Shown piece after piece: positions 1 through 10,960 of a DNA stretch of 37,978 nt (position 1 is its first letter; every line of letters begins with the position of its first letter). The translations under genes were made by a program, and so were the position numbers. This stretch comes from Phoronis australis. Its lineage: Eukaryota > Animalia > Phoronida. The DNA is taken from positions 1 to 37,978 of the forward strand of contig NMRA01001225.1 in the NCBI GenBank assembly GCA_002633005.1, given 5' to 3'. The notes below the pieces were generated by a model. It made no database searches, had not been told where the DNA came from, and was given only the letters and a program-made list of their open reading frames with translations.

Positions 1-2512
1 AAACTGCAGAAAATTTCCAAATTACTTGTGACATTCCGACAATTTCTGTGAAAATTCTGACACATTTCATTTCCCAGTACCAAGCCTCAAATGGCTTAAC
101 TGATCAGCACCATCTTGAGGCTTGGAGATGAGGCTGAGTGCCCCTTCTACTGAACGATGCCGCGCATGCACAAGGTCAGCAATGTTGTCAAAGAAGTAAA
201 CACAGCAACAAAACGAGGATTGTTTACGGTTCATGAGATAACCAATAGCCTGCATTGTTTTGGATTTTGATATTTGGGCATTTGGAGTTTCGTTGTCAAA
301 CAACTAAAATGAGATAGAACATATAAAATGGGCATATAAAAATACATGGAGGTTCATAACCATCTTTAAAGCCCCACAGCAGTTTCGGAGGTCGAATTCA
401 AACTTAAGAAAAGCAACTTTGCATGGGAGAAACCGGCCACAGAAGCAAATTTTCAAGTTCACTTCATCCCTTGATCAGCTATGTAAACTCTGATCTTAAC
501 TAATTTTATGGAGAAATCCTTAAAAAGAGTTACGCAAATAAGCAAAAAATTCAATCAAAGAGGAACCCGCCTCCCCCCTGCAATGTTCTCAATTTTTCTA
601 TACTAGCAGGTGTTTAATGAAAACTGATGTTCAAGAGCTACTTTCAATTGCTTAGCCAGAAATATTCTTTGTTATCATACTTTAAAAAAGTCAAATAGTC
701 ATGCTGGCGTGAAACTGGCAAATATCAACCATACACTTGAGTTTATCTGTTCCTCGATCACCAATGAGGTCACTCACTGGGCTACATATTAAAACATAAA
801 GGTTGGACTTTAAAAATTGGTTTGCTCAGTACTTTCTACTCAAATGTGCATGGAACTAAACGTAATCAACACCAAACAATTTTTTGAATACCTTCTTTCA
901 CTTTATCATATTAAAACTGCCTTCGAGAGGTGATTTACAAACAAAAATGTTGAAGCCCATCAAGGTTATTTTCTGACGTTCATGGCAGATCACTGTCATA
1001 CAAATCCAGATTTTTCATAAACAGTGCCGAAGCAATTCCGAAGCTCTTGTTTTAGTCCGCCCACGAATGCTAGTTGAGTGTCGCTTACATAATTTAATTT
1101 CGCTTTGAATGTATTTAAACTCTGGGTTTATAAAATGGGTAATTGTTTACAATATGACGACAATGACTTGGACATATGATTTTGGTATTGTTCGATTCCT
1201 TGCAATGTTATCTTTCCAAATATACACAGAAATTTCTCCTACCCCGTTCCCTTAGTTTTTTATCGTGAAATTTCTGCTCGCACTATTTCCTGTTACTCGG
1301 TAGTAATATCGCCATGTTGAATAATTAAGGAGTCACCTGGCGGTCAAAAACTGAACTAATCTACCGACTTGTATATCGTCGCTTTTCATAAGATCAAATT
1401 GACCGAGACCAGTCAATCCCCTGCCCGAGTTACGTAACCAAGGGTTCGAATTCGATCCTATGGTGACCCTGACATACCCATCTGCTAGCAAGAATCTGCC
1501 AAAAAAGCGGAGGTTGTTTTTGAGGTCCAGATTTGAGAAAAAAGTATCACTTCAGACAATTTCATGGAAAAATGGTCAAATGGTCACAATTCTAAAAAAT
1601 GGAAAAGGTAAAATGCTTCTACTTGTACATCCACCATATTATGTCAGGAAAACTTTAGCGGGAATCTCGCGCGGGCAACCACCACTCAGAATCAACGATG
1701 CTGTTTCATTCAATAACAATAGGTGTCGCTGTTATCTTGAGTTGAGCTAACATGGTGGTGTCCACCGGGAAATAGTGCTAACTGAAATTCGACGAAAAAA
1801 TATGAAGGAAACGCGGTAGGGGATCAATTTATATATTTTTGGAAAGATAACGGCGCGAGGAATCGAACGATATCAAAATCATATGTGTAAGTTATTGTCG
1901 TCATATTGTAAACAATTACCATAAAATGACCTTGTTTAAAACCAAAAAGTCCTTAACTCAGTATGTTACCACTAAATTACACAAAGTCTGCCAGACACAA
2001 CTTTTTGAAAAAGACATACTTTTTATAATCAGGGGCACCCAAAGGACACTGGTTCAAATGTGGTCAGGAATATCCCTGTTTATGCAATACCAGTCTGAGG
2101 GAAGTGCACACAGATTTTACTTGGAACTTAGAACAGTTGAAGCTGGCAGCCTAGGCTTGGCAAAATTTAAGTGTCCAACCTTTATGTTTAAAATATGGTT
2201 ATCTTATTTGTCATCGGGAAATTCCTCCGCCCCTATTGTAAATCACAGGCTTCCTCAACTTCTGATCATCCTTAATAATAGGCCTACCACAAGGCATGAC
2301 ACTCGGAACTAGTAATCCCATGAGTGCTTCACTTCACACAAAAATCGAGTGTCCGACCTTTTTGTATTATAGTGTATTTGGAGCGGTCAGACTCAGAGGC
2401 TGATGACGCCTGTGGTTTTACTCAGACGTCCTCACCTTCTGATCGTACCCAATACACTATACATATATACAACACAGTATGACACTCAGGACTAAAAAAT
2501 TCATGTGTGCTT
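1..2512 (-). mobile_element. Partial copy (A) of the same element, direct repeat of 5380-7895
   Basis: Colinear with 5380-7895 (identical ORFs 1460/6843 and 1926/7309); ends at a single-N junction. Confidence 0.85.
1138..1920. mobile_element. Same Merlin-like element nested in copy A
   Basis: Same TIRs; TSD ATAAAATG at 1130-1137 and 1921-1928. Confidence 0.75.
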
Positions 2513-2513
2513 N

Positions 2514-3924
2514 GTGTTTACTTCTTTGACAACGTTGCTGACCTTGTGCATGCGCGGCATCGTTCAATAGAAGGGGCACTCAGCCTCATCTCCAAGCCTC
2601 AAGATGGTGCTGATCAGTTAAGCCATTTGAGGCTTGGTAATGGGAAATGAAATGTGTCAGAACTTTCACAGAAATTGTCAGAATGTCACAAGTAATTTGG
2701 AAATTTTCTGCAGTTTTATATAAAAATAAAACTAATGGTATATTGTAGCAATTTAGATCTAAATTATTGCAAAAATGATGTATTTTGTTTCAAAAACACA
2801 TTAATACTATTCATAAATAAGACGTGAAAAATAAGTACAACCTTTACTTCAGACAATAACTTAAAAAATGCCTTCTGTCGCTTGAATGGCTGCAATGTGA
2901 AAATAATTACCATCGGTCTTTATTCAATGACGTCAAGGCATCGGTCAATCATTGTGCAGAAAGTAATTCATATAACCAAGCCTCAAATGGCTAAACCCAT
3001 AAGCGCCATCTTGAGGCTTGGGGACAAAGTTGAAAGGATCACATCAGTGTCAATTGTGTGTAAACACAGAGCAAAACCATCAATTGATGCTCATAAGACT
3101 TTTTGTAAGATTGTGACGTATTTTTTAGGAATTTAAAAATGGTAAAAAATAGACAATAGACATTTTGGGAAGAAATGGGATGAATAAAAAGTCGTTTCTG
3201 AAAATATTTATTACAAGAATCTAAAGTCCTACAACCATCTGTAATACTTGTGTTTAGAAAGAGTGAAACATTTATATCTTGCAGATTATACATTGCAAAT
3301 AAGTTTCTTCTTGGAATGATATTCAGTGTCTTTAGGTAATTCTTATTATGCATAACTTATCTGGAAAATGTATAGTAGAGTCTTTTAGTTTGTACTCAAA
3401 GATACTAAGCAGTTTTTGTTTTATTTCAGGGATTGTGTTCCGAAACGCTGGAGACAGGGAGGGAGCGTGAAGACTGTGTGAAGCTGCCAGTCCACTAATT
3501 AGCCCGAGACAGTTTTGTTAAAAATAATTAGTTTCTTAGTTGTTATTTGTATAATTCATAATTTTTTGTAAGTATTTTACCTGAGCAGTTTCATAGTAAT
3601 AAAAGCATTAAAGAACAAGAGTCTTTTCTTCTTGTAAGTCACAGCTAGTGTACTGGCTTAATATGAGCCCATCAATGGCCCTGTACTGGGCCAACACAAT
3701 CTGTCAATACTGGCCCTTTACAGGGCCGAAACCGGTTATTGGTGTACTGGCCCAGTAATGGCGTGGTACTGGTCCTTTACTGACTCGATACCGCAATCTT
3801 GTATCGGGGCCAATACGGGGAAGGTGTGCAGAATGTTATTGGGCCAGTACTGGCCTACATCATTGGGCCAATACAGAAGACATTTCAGGGCCAGTATTGG
3901 CCCAGTACCTGCATGTTTACTGGG
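2514..3924 (+). mobile_element. Inverted partial copy (B) of the same CACTA-like element, cut by the N at 2513
   Basis: Reverse complement of 4130-5582 with scattered substitutions and a ~47-bp deletion; ends in CATGTTTACTGGG at 3924. Confidence 0.85.
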
Positions 3925-4129
3925 TAGATGCGCAGTTGAGTTCTATCATAACGTGGTGGTCTGAGTTACCAATGGGAGGAATAACAGAAGTGGACTCAAT
4001 TAATCCGAGATTATACATGAATCAAGACAAGAATGCGAATACTCTGTAAAACGTGTCGGCTCGTTTATTAGTTGTGCACAGTCAAAGAGAACGATACCGG
4101 CTTGGTTGTCATTGTCTTCTGAGTACCAA
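3925..4129 (-). mobile_element. Continuation of the LINE endonuclease (C-half) trapped between the two CACTA-like copies
   Basis: WYSEDNDNQAG..QLINEPTRFTEYSHSCLD, then shifted GLIESTSVIPPIGNSDHHVM (SDH motif). Confidence 0.8.
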
Positions 4130-4555
4130 CCCAGTAAACATGCAGGTACTGGGACAATACTGGCCCTGAAATGTCTTCTGTATTGGCCCAATGATGTAGG
4201 CCAGTACTGGCCCAATAACATTCTGCACACCTTCCCCGTATTGGCCCCGATACAAGATTGCGGTATCGAGCCAGTAAAGGACCAGTACCACTCCATTACT
4301 GGGCCAGTACACCAATAACCGGTTTCGGCCCTGTAAAGGGCCAGTATTGACAGACTGTGATGGTCCAGTACAGGGCCATTGATGGGCTCCTATTAAGCCA
4401 GTACACTAGCTGTGACTTACAAGAAGAAAAGACTCTTGTTCTTTAATACTTTTATTACTATGAAACTGCTCAGGTAAAATACTTACAAAAAATTATGAAT
4501 TATACAAATAACAACTAAGAAACTAATTATTTTTAACAAAACTCTCTCGGGCTTA

Positions 4556-4671
4556 TTAGTGGACTGGCAGCTTCACACAGTCCTCACCCTCCCTCCGTGT
4601 GTCCAGCGTTTCGGAACATGGTGCCTCTTTTACTTTTGCATTAGCATTACTGTGCTCCTTGACCACAATCC
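4556..4671 (-). pseudogene. Relic terminal exon of the element's accessory (TnpA/DUF4806-like) gene
   Basis: Acceptor tttgttttatttcag; IVVKEHSNANAKVKEA then a shifted FRNAG(D/H)(R/T)EG(G/A). Copy B reads FRNAGDREGA and has AATAAA downstream. This resembles the 'RNAxDRxGGR' C-terminus of animal EnSpm accessory proteins. Confidence 0.4.
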
Positions 4672-6520
4672 CTGAAATAAAACAAAAACTGCTTAGTATC
4701 TTTGAGTACAAACTAAAAGACTCCACTATACATTTTCCAGATAAGTTATGCATAATAAGAATTACCTAAGGACACTGCATATCACAAGAAACTTATTTGC
4801 AATGTCATAATCTGCAAGATATAAATGTTTCACCCTTTCTTAACACAAGTATTACAGCTGGTTGTAGGACTTCATATTCTTGTAATAAATATTTTCAGAA
4901 ACGACTTTTTATTCATCCCATTTCTTCCCAAAATGTCTATTGTCTATTTTTTACCATTTTTAAATCCCTAAAAAATACTTCACAATCTTACAAAAAGTCT
5001 TATGAGCATCAGTTGATGGTTTTGCTCTGTGTTTACACACAATTGACACTGATGTGACCTTTTCAACTTTGTCCCCAAGCCTCAAGATGGCGCTTATGCG
5101 TTTAGCCATTTGAGGCTTGGTTATAGGAATTACATTCTGCACAATGATTGACAGATGCTTTGACGTTATTGAACAAAGACAGATGGTAATTATTTTCACA
5201 TTGCTGCCATTCATGCAACAGAAGGCATTGTTTTAGTTATTGTCTGAAGTAAAGGTTGTACTTATTTTTCAATTCTTATTTATGAATAGTATTAATGTGT
5301 TTTTGAAACAAAATACATCATTTTTGCAATAATTTAGATCTAAATTGCTACAATATACCATTAGTTTTATTTTTATATAAAACTGCAGAAAATTTCCAAA
5401 TTGCTTGTGACATTCCGACAATTCCTGTGAAAATTCTGACACATTTCATTTCCCATTACCAAGCCTCAAACGGCTTAACTGATCAGCACCATCTTGAGGC
5501 TTGGAGATGAGGCTGAGTACCCCTTCTATTGAACGATGCCGCGCATGCACAAGGTCAGCAATGTTGTCAAAGAAGTAAACACAGCAACAAAACGGGGATT
5601 GTTTACGTTTCATGAGATAACCAATAGCCTGCATTGTTTTGGATTTTGATATTTGGGCATTTGGAGTTTCTTTGTCAAACAACTAAAACGAGATAGAACA
5701 TATAAAATGGGCACATAAAAATAGATGGAGGTTCATAACCATCTTTAAAGCCCCACAGCACAGTTCCGGAGGTCGAATTCAAACTTAAGAAAAGCAACTT
5801 TGCATGGAAGAAACCGGCTACAGAAGCAAATATTCAAGTTCACTTCATCCCTTGATCAGCTATGTAAACTCTGATCTTAACTAATTTTATGGAGAAATCC
5901 TTAAAAAGAGTTATGCAAATAAGCAAAAAATTCAATCAAAGAGGAACCCGCCTCCCCCCTGCAATGTTCTCAATTTTTCTATACTAGCAGGTGTTTCATG
6001 AAAACTGATGTTCAGGAGCTACTTTCAATTGCTTAGCCAGAAATATTCTTTGTTATCATACTTTAAAAAAGTCAAATAGAGTCATGCTGGCGTGAAACTG
6101 GCAAATATCAACCAGACACTTGAGTTTATCTGTTCCTCGATCACCAATGAGGTCACTCACTGGGCTACATATTAAAACATAAAGGTTGGACTTTAAAAAT
6201 TGGTTTGCTCAGTACTTTCTACTCAAATGTGCATGGAACTAAACGTAATCAACACCAAACAATTTTTTGAATACCTTCTTTCACTTTATCATATTAAAAC
6301 TGCCTTCGAGAGGTGATTTACAAACAAAAATGTTGAAGCCCATCAAGGTTATTTTCTGACGTTCATGGCAGATCACTGTCATACAAATCCAGATTTTTCA
6401 TAAACAGTGCCGAAGCAATTCCGAAGCTCTTGTTTTAGTCCGCCCACGAATGCTAGTTGAGTGTCGCTTACATAATTTAATTTCGCTTTGAATGTATTTA
6501 AACTCTGGGTTTATAAAATG

Positions 6521-7303
6521 GGTAATTGTTTACAATATGACGACAATGACTTGGACATATGATTTTGGTATTGTTCGATTCCTTGCAATGTTATCTTTCC
6601 AAATATACACAGAAATTTCTCCTACCCCGTTCCCTTAGTTTTTTATCGTGAAATTTCTGCTCGCACTATTTCCTGTTACTCGGTAGTAATATCGCCATGT
6701 TGAATAATTAAGGAGTCACCTGGCGGTCAAAAACTGAACTAATCTACCGACTTGTATATCGTCGCTTTTCATAAGATCAAATTGACCGAGACCAGTCAAT
6801 CCCCTGCCCGAGTTACGTAACCAAGGGTTCGAATTCGATCCTATGGTGACCCTGACATACCCATCTGCTAGCAAGAATCTGCCAAAAAAGCGGAGGTTGT
6901 TTTTGAGGTCCAGATTTGAGAAAAAAGTATCACTTCAGACAATTTCATGGAAAAATGGTCAAATGGTCACAATTCTAAAAAATGGAAAAGGTAAAATGCT
7001 TCTACTTGTACATCCACCATATTATGTCAGGAAAACTTTAGCGGGAATCTCGCGCGGGCAACCACCACTCAGAATCAACGATGCTGTTTCATTCAATAAC
7101 AATAGGTGTCGCTGTTATCTTGAGTTGAGCTAACATGGTGGTGTCCACCGGGAAATAGTGCTAACTGAAATTCGACGAAAAAATATGAAGGAAACGCGGT
7201 AGGGGATCAATTTATATATTTTTGGAAAGATAACGGCGCGAGGAATCGAACGATATCAAAATCATATGTGTAAGTTATTGTCGTCATATTGTAAACAATT
7301 ACC
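6521..7303. mobile_element. Merlin/IS1016-like non-autonomous element (783 bp) nested in copy C
   Basis: About 140-bp imperfect TIRs beginning GGTAATTGTTTACAATATGACGACAAT; perfect 8-bp TSD ATAAAATG. Confidence 0.75.
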
Positions 7304-9024
7304 ATAAAATGACCTTGTTTAAAACCAAAAAGTCCTTAACTCAGTATGTTACCACTAAATTACACAAAGTCTGCCAGACACAACTTTTTGAAAAAGACAT
7401 ACTTTTTATAATCAGGGGCACCCAAAGGACACTGGTTCAAATGTGGTCAGGAATATCCCTGTTTATGCAATACCAGTCTGAGGGAAGTGCACACAGATTT
7501 TACTTGGAACTTAGAACAGTTGAAGCTGGCAGCCTAGGCTTGGCAAAATTTAAGTGTCCAACCTTTATGTTTAAAATATGGTTATCTTATTTGTCATCGG
7601 GAAATTCCTCCGCCCCTATTGTAAATCACAGGCTTCCTCAACTTCTGATCATCCTTAATAATAGGCCTACCACAAGGCATGACACTCGGAACTAGTAATC
7701 CCATGAGTGCTTCACTTCACACAAAAATCGAGTGTCCGACCTTTTTGTATTATAGTGTATTTGGAGCGGTCAGACTCAGAGGCTGATGACGCCTGTGGTT
7801 TTACTCAGACGTCCTCACCTTCTGATCGTACCCAATACACTATACATATATACAACACAGTATGACACTCAGGACTAAAAAATTCATGTGTGCTTCACTG
7901 GGTCACTACAGCCGTCGATATCAAATGCGAAACTCAATAAATTTACACAAAACAAGGGTTCGGCAAACCATGATCAATTCAAAGGTGTCCTCATCCTCTG
8001 TTATAAATACTACAAGGTATGACACTCGGGACAAGGAATTCCACGGGTGGTTCACTACCAGGAGAAAGATATATTGCTCGTGGTTTGTTGGACCCCTGTT
8101 TTGTGTACATTTATTGAGTTTTGTGTCTGATATGGGCGAATCCCGAGTGTCATATCTTGTAGTATATTGTGTGCCCAATTTGTATTGGTCATTGGCGACG
8201 ATCAGAAGCTGAGAACGTCTGTGGTATAAATCATGTTTTGTATACTCTTACAGACACTGGCATGGCATGCAAAGTGAAAAAATATGAAACTTACCAGAAA
8301 TCTGAAGTTCACTGTGAAAATCCTTCACTATTCTGTTGCACACGTTGGTTTCAAACTCTAAACAACTCAAGTGTGTTTCAACGGAAATTTCAAAATGGCG
8401 GTTTTTTTCATGAAGGTCATCTGGTGGAAAGTTTTCTTTAAACAATAAAATTACACTGTAATACAGCTGCTGGTAATTAATTTTTTATGAAATTTGAAAA
8501 GTTTTATTATCACACATCTGATTTTTTTAAAAAATCAAAAGTTTTAGCCTTCCTGTGGGCAAGCCTCTAACTGCCCTCTTGTGTTCAAGTCTGTGTTTAC
8601 CGGTCCAATACCGGGGAGCCGCTAAGGGAAAGTTCACTGGGTTAGTGTCGTGGGGACGGTACTGGGCCATTCGTGGCCCAGAAACGTAAACCGGTATACG
8701 GTTCAAGCGTTATCAAGCAACAGAAATCCAGTACTGGGCCAATACTGTCATGTTTACTGGGAAGTACCTATTTCTTGCGTTGAAATCCTCGTTGATAACA
8801 ATTGTTTTATTAGTTTATGAGAGTTCTTGCAATTGTTCTGAAAAGGTCTTGAAACATGCTTTCCTTTCATGGGACGTCGGTGAGGGTAAGTGATAGAAAA
8901 AACCATAATATACTTTCTTAATTGTGGTTGACAGGAAATTCAGTACAACAGTTATTCATTGATTGTTTAATTTTCAGTTATTGTCAATTGCTTTGTAATT
9001 TACGGAGTTGTGAACAAACACGAT

Positions 9025-9299
9025 CATGGGCGCACACAGGGGGTGCTCGGGGGGCTCGAGCCCCCAATTTGGCGAATTGGGCAAAGAGGTCCGCCTCAGT
9101 GAAACAAAAAGTCCAGTCTGTGAAACGAGACAAAAGTCCCGGCACAAAGTCCAAAGGAATTCGGCGCTGATGGCACAATTCGTAGCCGGCCGGCCTGAAC
9201 CTAGTGGCACCGCTTTTTTTAGTCCTCGTTGATTTGCCGTAAGAGGTCCGCATACCGAAAAACTCGAGCCCCCTATATTTTAGGCTGGGTGCGTGCATG
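9025..9299. mobile_element. MITE (~275 bp) inserted in the LINE endonuclease
   Basis: Imperfect TIRs CATGGGCGCACACAGG/GGCTGGGTGCGTGCATG; flanking GAT duplication; internal CTCGAGCCCCC and AAAAGTCC repeats; related copy at 36523-36776. Confidence 0.7.
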
Positions 9300-9684
9300 G
9301 ATCATCCCCCTACCGGCGTTAGTGTGGTAGGCAATGTTATATTCTGGAATCGTAATAAGTGCATTGAGGTTGTCTTCGGACAGTGTTCCGGATTCACATA
9401 TGGCTATGATGGCCATGTAATTGTTGTCTATAGTAAATTGCTTGAGAAGTTCAAATCTTGAAAGGTTCTCGTTCGCCTTGACACTGTTGATGTTAGTGAA
9501 TAAGACCTTGAGGCTGGTTGAATAGCGGAGTTGCAACCGAATCGATTTAACGATTGCGCATGTCCGGAAATTAGGGTGCGCAAAGGCTACTGGGATTGTT
9601 GATGGTAAACGGGATGGCCGACTGGTTTGCACGACGTGTAATTTGTGTGCATTAAACTACGCTGCTGTATGTAATTCTGCCGCT

Positions 9685-10538
9685 NNNNNNNNNNNNNNNN
9701 NNNNNNNNNNNNNNNNNNNNNNNNNNNNNNNNNNNNNNNNNNNNNNNNNNNNNNNNNNNNNNNNNNNNNNNNNNNNNNNNNNNNNNNNNNNNNNNNNNNN
9801 NNNNNNNNNNNNNNNNNNNNNNNNNNNNNNNNNNNNNNNNNNNNNNNNNNNNNNNNNNNNNNNNNNNNNNNNNNNNNNNNNNNNNNNNNNNNNNNNNNNN
9901 NNNNNNNNNNNNNNNNNNNNNNNNNNNNNNNNNNNNNNNNNNNNNNNNNNNNNNNNNNNNNNNNNNNNNNNNNNNNNNNNNNNNNNNNNNNNNNNNNNNN
10001 NNNNNNNNNNNNNNNNNNNNNNNNNNNNNNNNNNNNNNNNNNNNNNNNNNNNNNNNNNNNNNNNNNNNNNNNNNNNNNNNNNNNNNNNNNNNNNNNNNNN
10101 NNNNNNNNNNNNNNNNNNNNNNNNNNNNNNNNNNNNNNNNNNNNNNNNNNNNNNNNNNNNNNNNNNNNNNNNNNNNNNNNNNNNNNNNNNNNNNNNNNNN
10201 NNNNNNNNNNNNNNNNNNNNNNNNNNNNNNNNNNNNNNNNNNNNNNNNNNNNNNNNNNNNNNNNNNNNNNNNNNNNNNNNNNNNNNNNNNNNNNNNNNNN
10301 NNNNNNNNNNNNNNNNNNNNNNNNNNNNNNNNNNNNNNNNNNNNNNNNNNNNNNNNNNNNNNNNNNNNNNNNNNNNNNNNNNNNNNNNNNNNNNNNNNNN
10401 NNNNNNNNNNNNNNNNNNNNNNNNNNNNNNNNNNNNNNNNNNNNNNNNNNNNNNNNNNNNNNNNNNNNNNNNNNNNNNNNNNNNNNNNNNNNNNNNNNNN
10501 NNNNNNNNNNNNNNNNNNNNNNNNNNNNNNNNNNNNNN
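9685..10538. other. Assembly gap (854 N)
   Basis: N run. Confidence 1.
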
Positions 10539-10876
10539 TGTTGGGCAGTTTCTAAGATACGTTTTCTTGCCGCCCTCAAAATGAGCGCTGCACACTTTAT
10601 GCTACGAAGTCGGAAGGAATTCACGAAGTCGGCCTTTGCTACCAGCTCTACCGATGTCTCTGACCCATGTTTAACGCAGTTCTTGATCCTTGGGAAACAG
10701 GTAGTAACTAAATTTTTTATTTCGCTAACTGGTATTATAGCATGCCAGGCGCACAACACGTATAACCTCCCTGTGGCCGGTTCGCCCCCACGCTTGCCGA
10801 CGTACTTCTTTACCGGCTTAACCACAATGCAACATTCTGACCCATTTCCAATATGGCGGCGTCAACCCTGAGTGTC

Positions 10877-10960
10877 TGGTCCTGGATTGACCTCTATGTC
10901 ACCAGCAGTCAAAAGGCACTGCTCAGTGATAACTGTGATATCACAACATGCGTTCTTCAT
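10877..10960 (-). other. 2A-like ribosome skipping (StopGo) sequence MKNACCDITVITEQCLLTAGDIEVNPGP
   Basis: Exact D(V/I)ExNPGP consensus with upstream LLxxG; in frame with ORF 9587..10825 apart from one TGA at 10862-10864. Confidence 0.8.

Larger units (their letters stand above)
4130..8761 (-). mobile_element. Full-length non-autonomous CACTA/EnSpm (CMC)-like DNA transposon, copy C (4632 bp)
   Basis: Perfect 13-bp TIRs CCCAGTAAACATG...CATGTTTACTGGG; 2-bp flanking duplication AA; dense subterminal TACTGGCCC/GGGCCAGTA repeats at both ends; removing it rejoins LINE endonuclease motifs. No transposase ORF seen. Confidence 0.8.

Noticed and set aside
1440-1455. tRNA gene suggested by GGTTCGAATTC B-box
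   Set aside because: No A-box or cloverleaf; internal to the Merlin-like element.
3758-4318. Duplicated ORFs MAWYWSFT.../MEWYWSFT...
   Set aside because: They are translations of GC-rich subterminal repeats of the transposon ends, not genes.
4121-8770. 9-bp Mutator-type TSD (GAGTACCAA vs AAGTACCTA)
   Set aside because: It has two mismatches, and both flanks read as consecutive LINE coding sequence; a 2-bp AA duplication with CCCAG termini fits better.
9587-10825. 300-400 aa ORFs in the track
   Set aside because: Their length comes from the N gap; only the flanking LINE-derived parts are meaningful.
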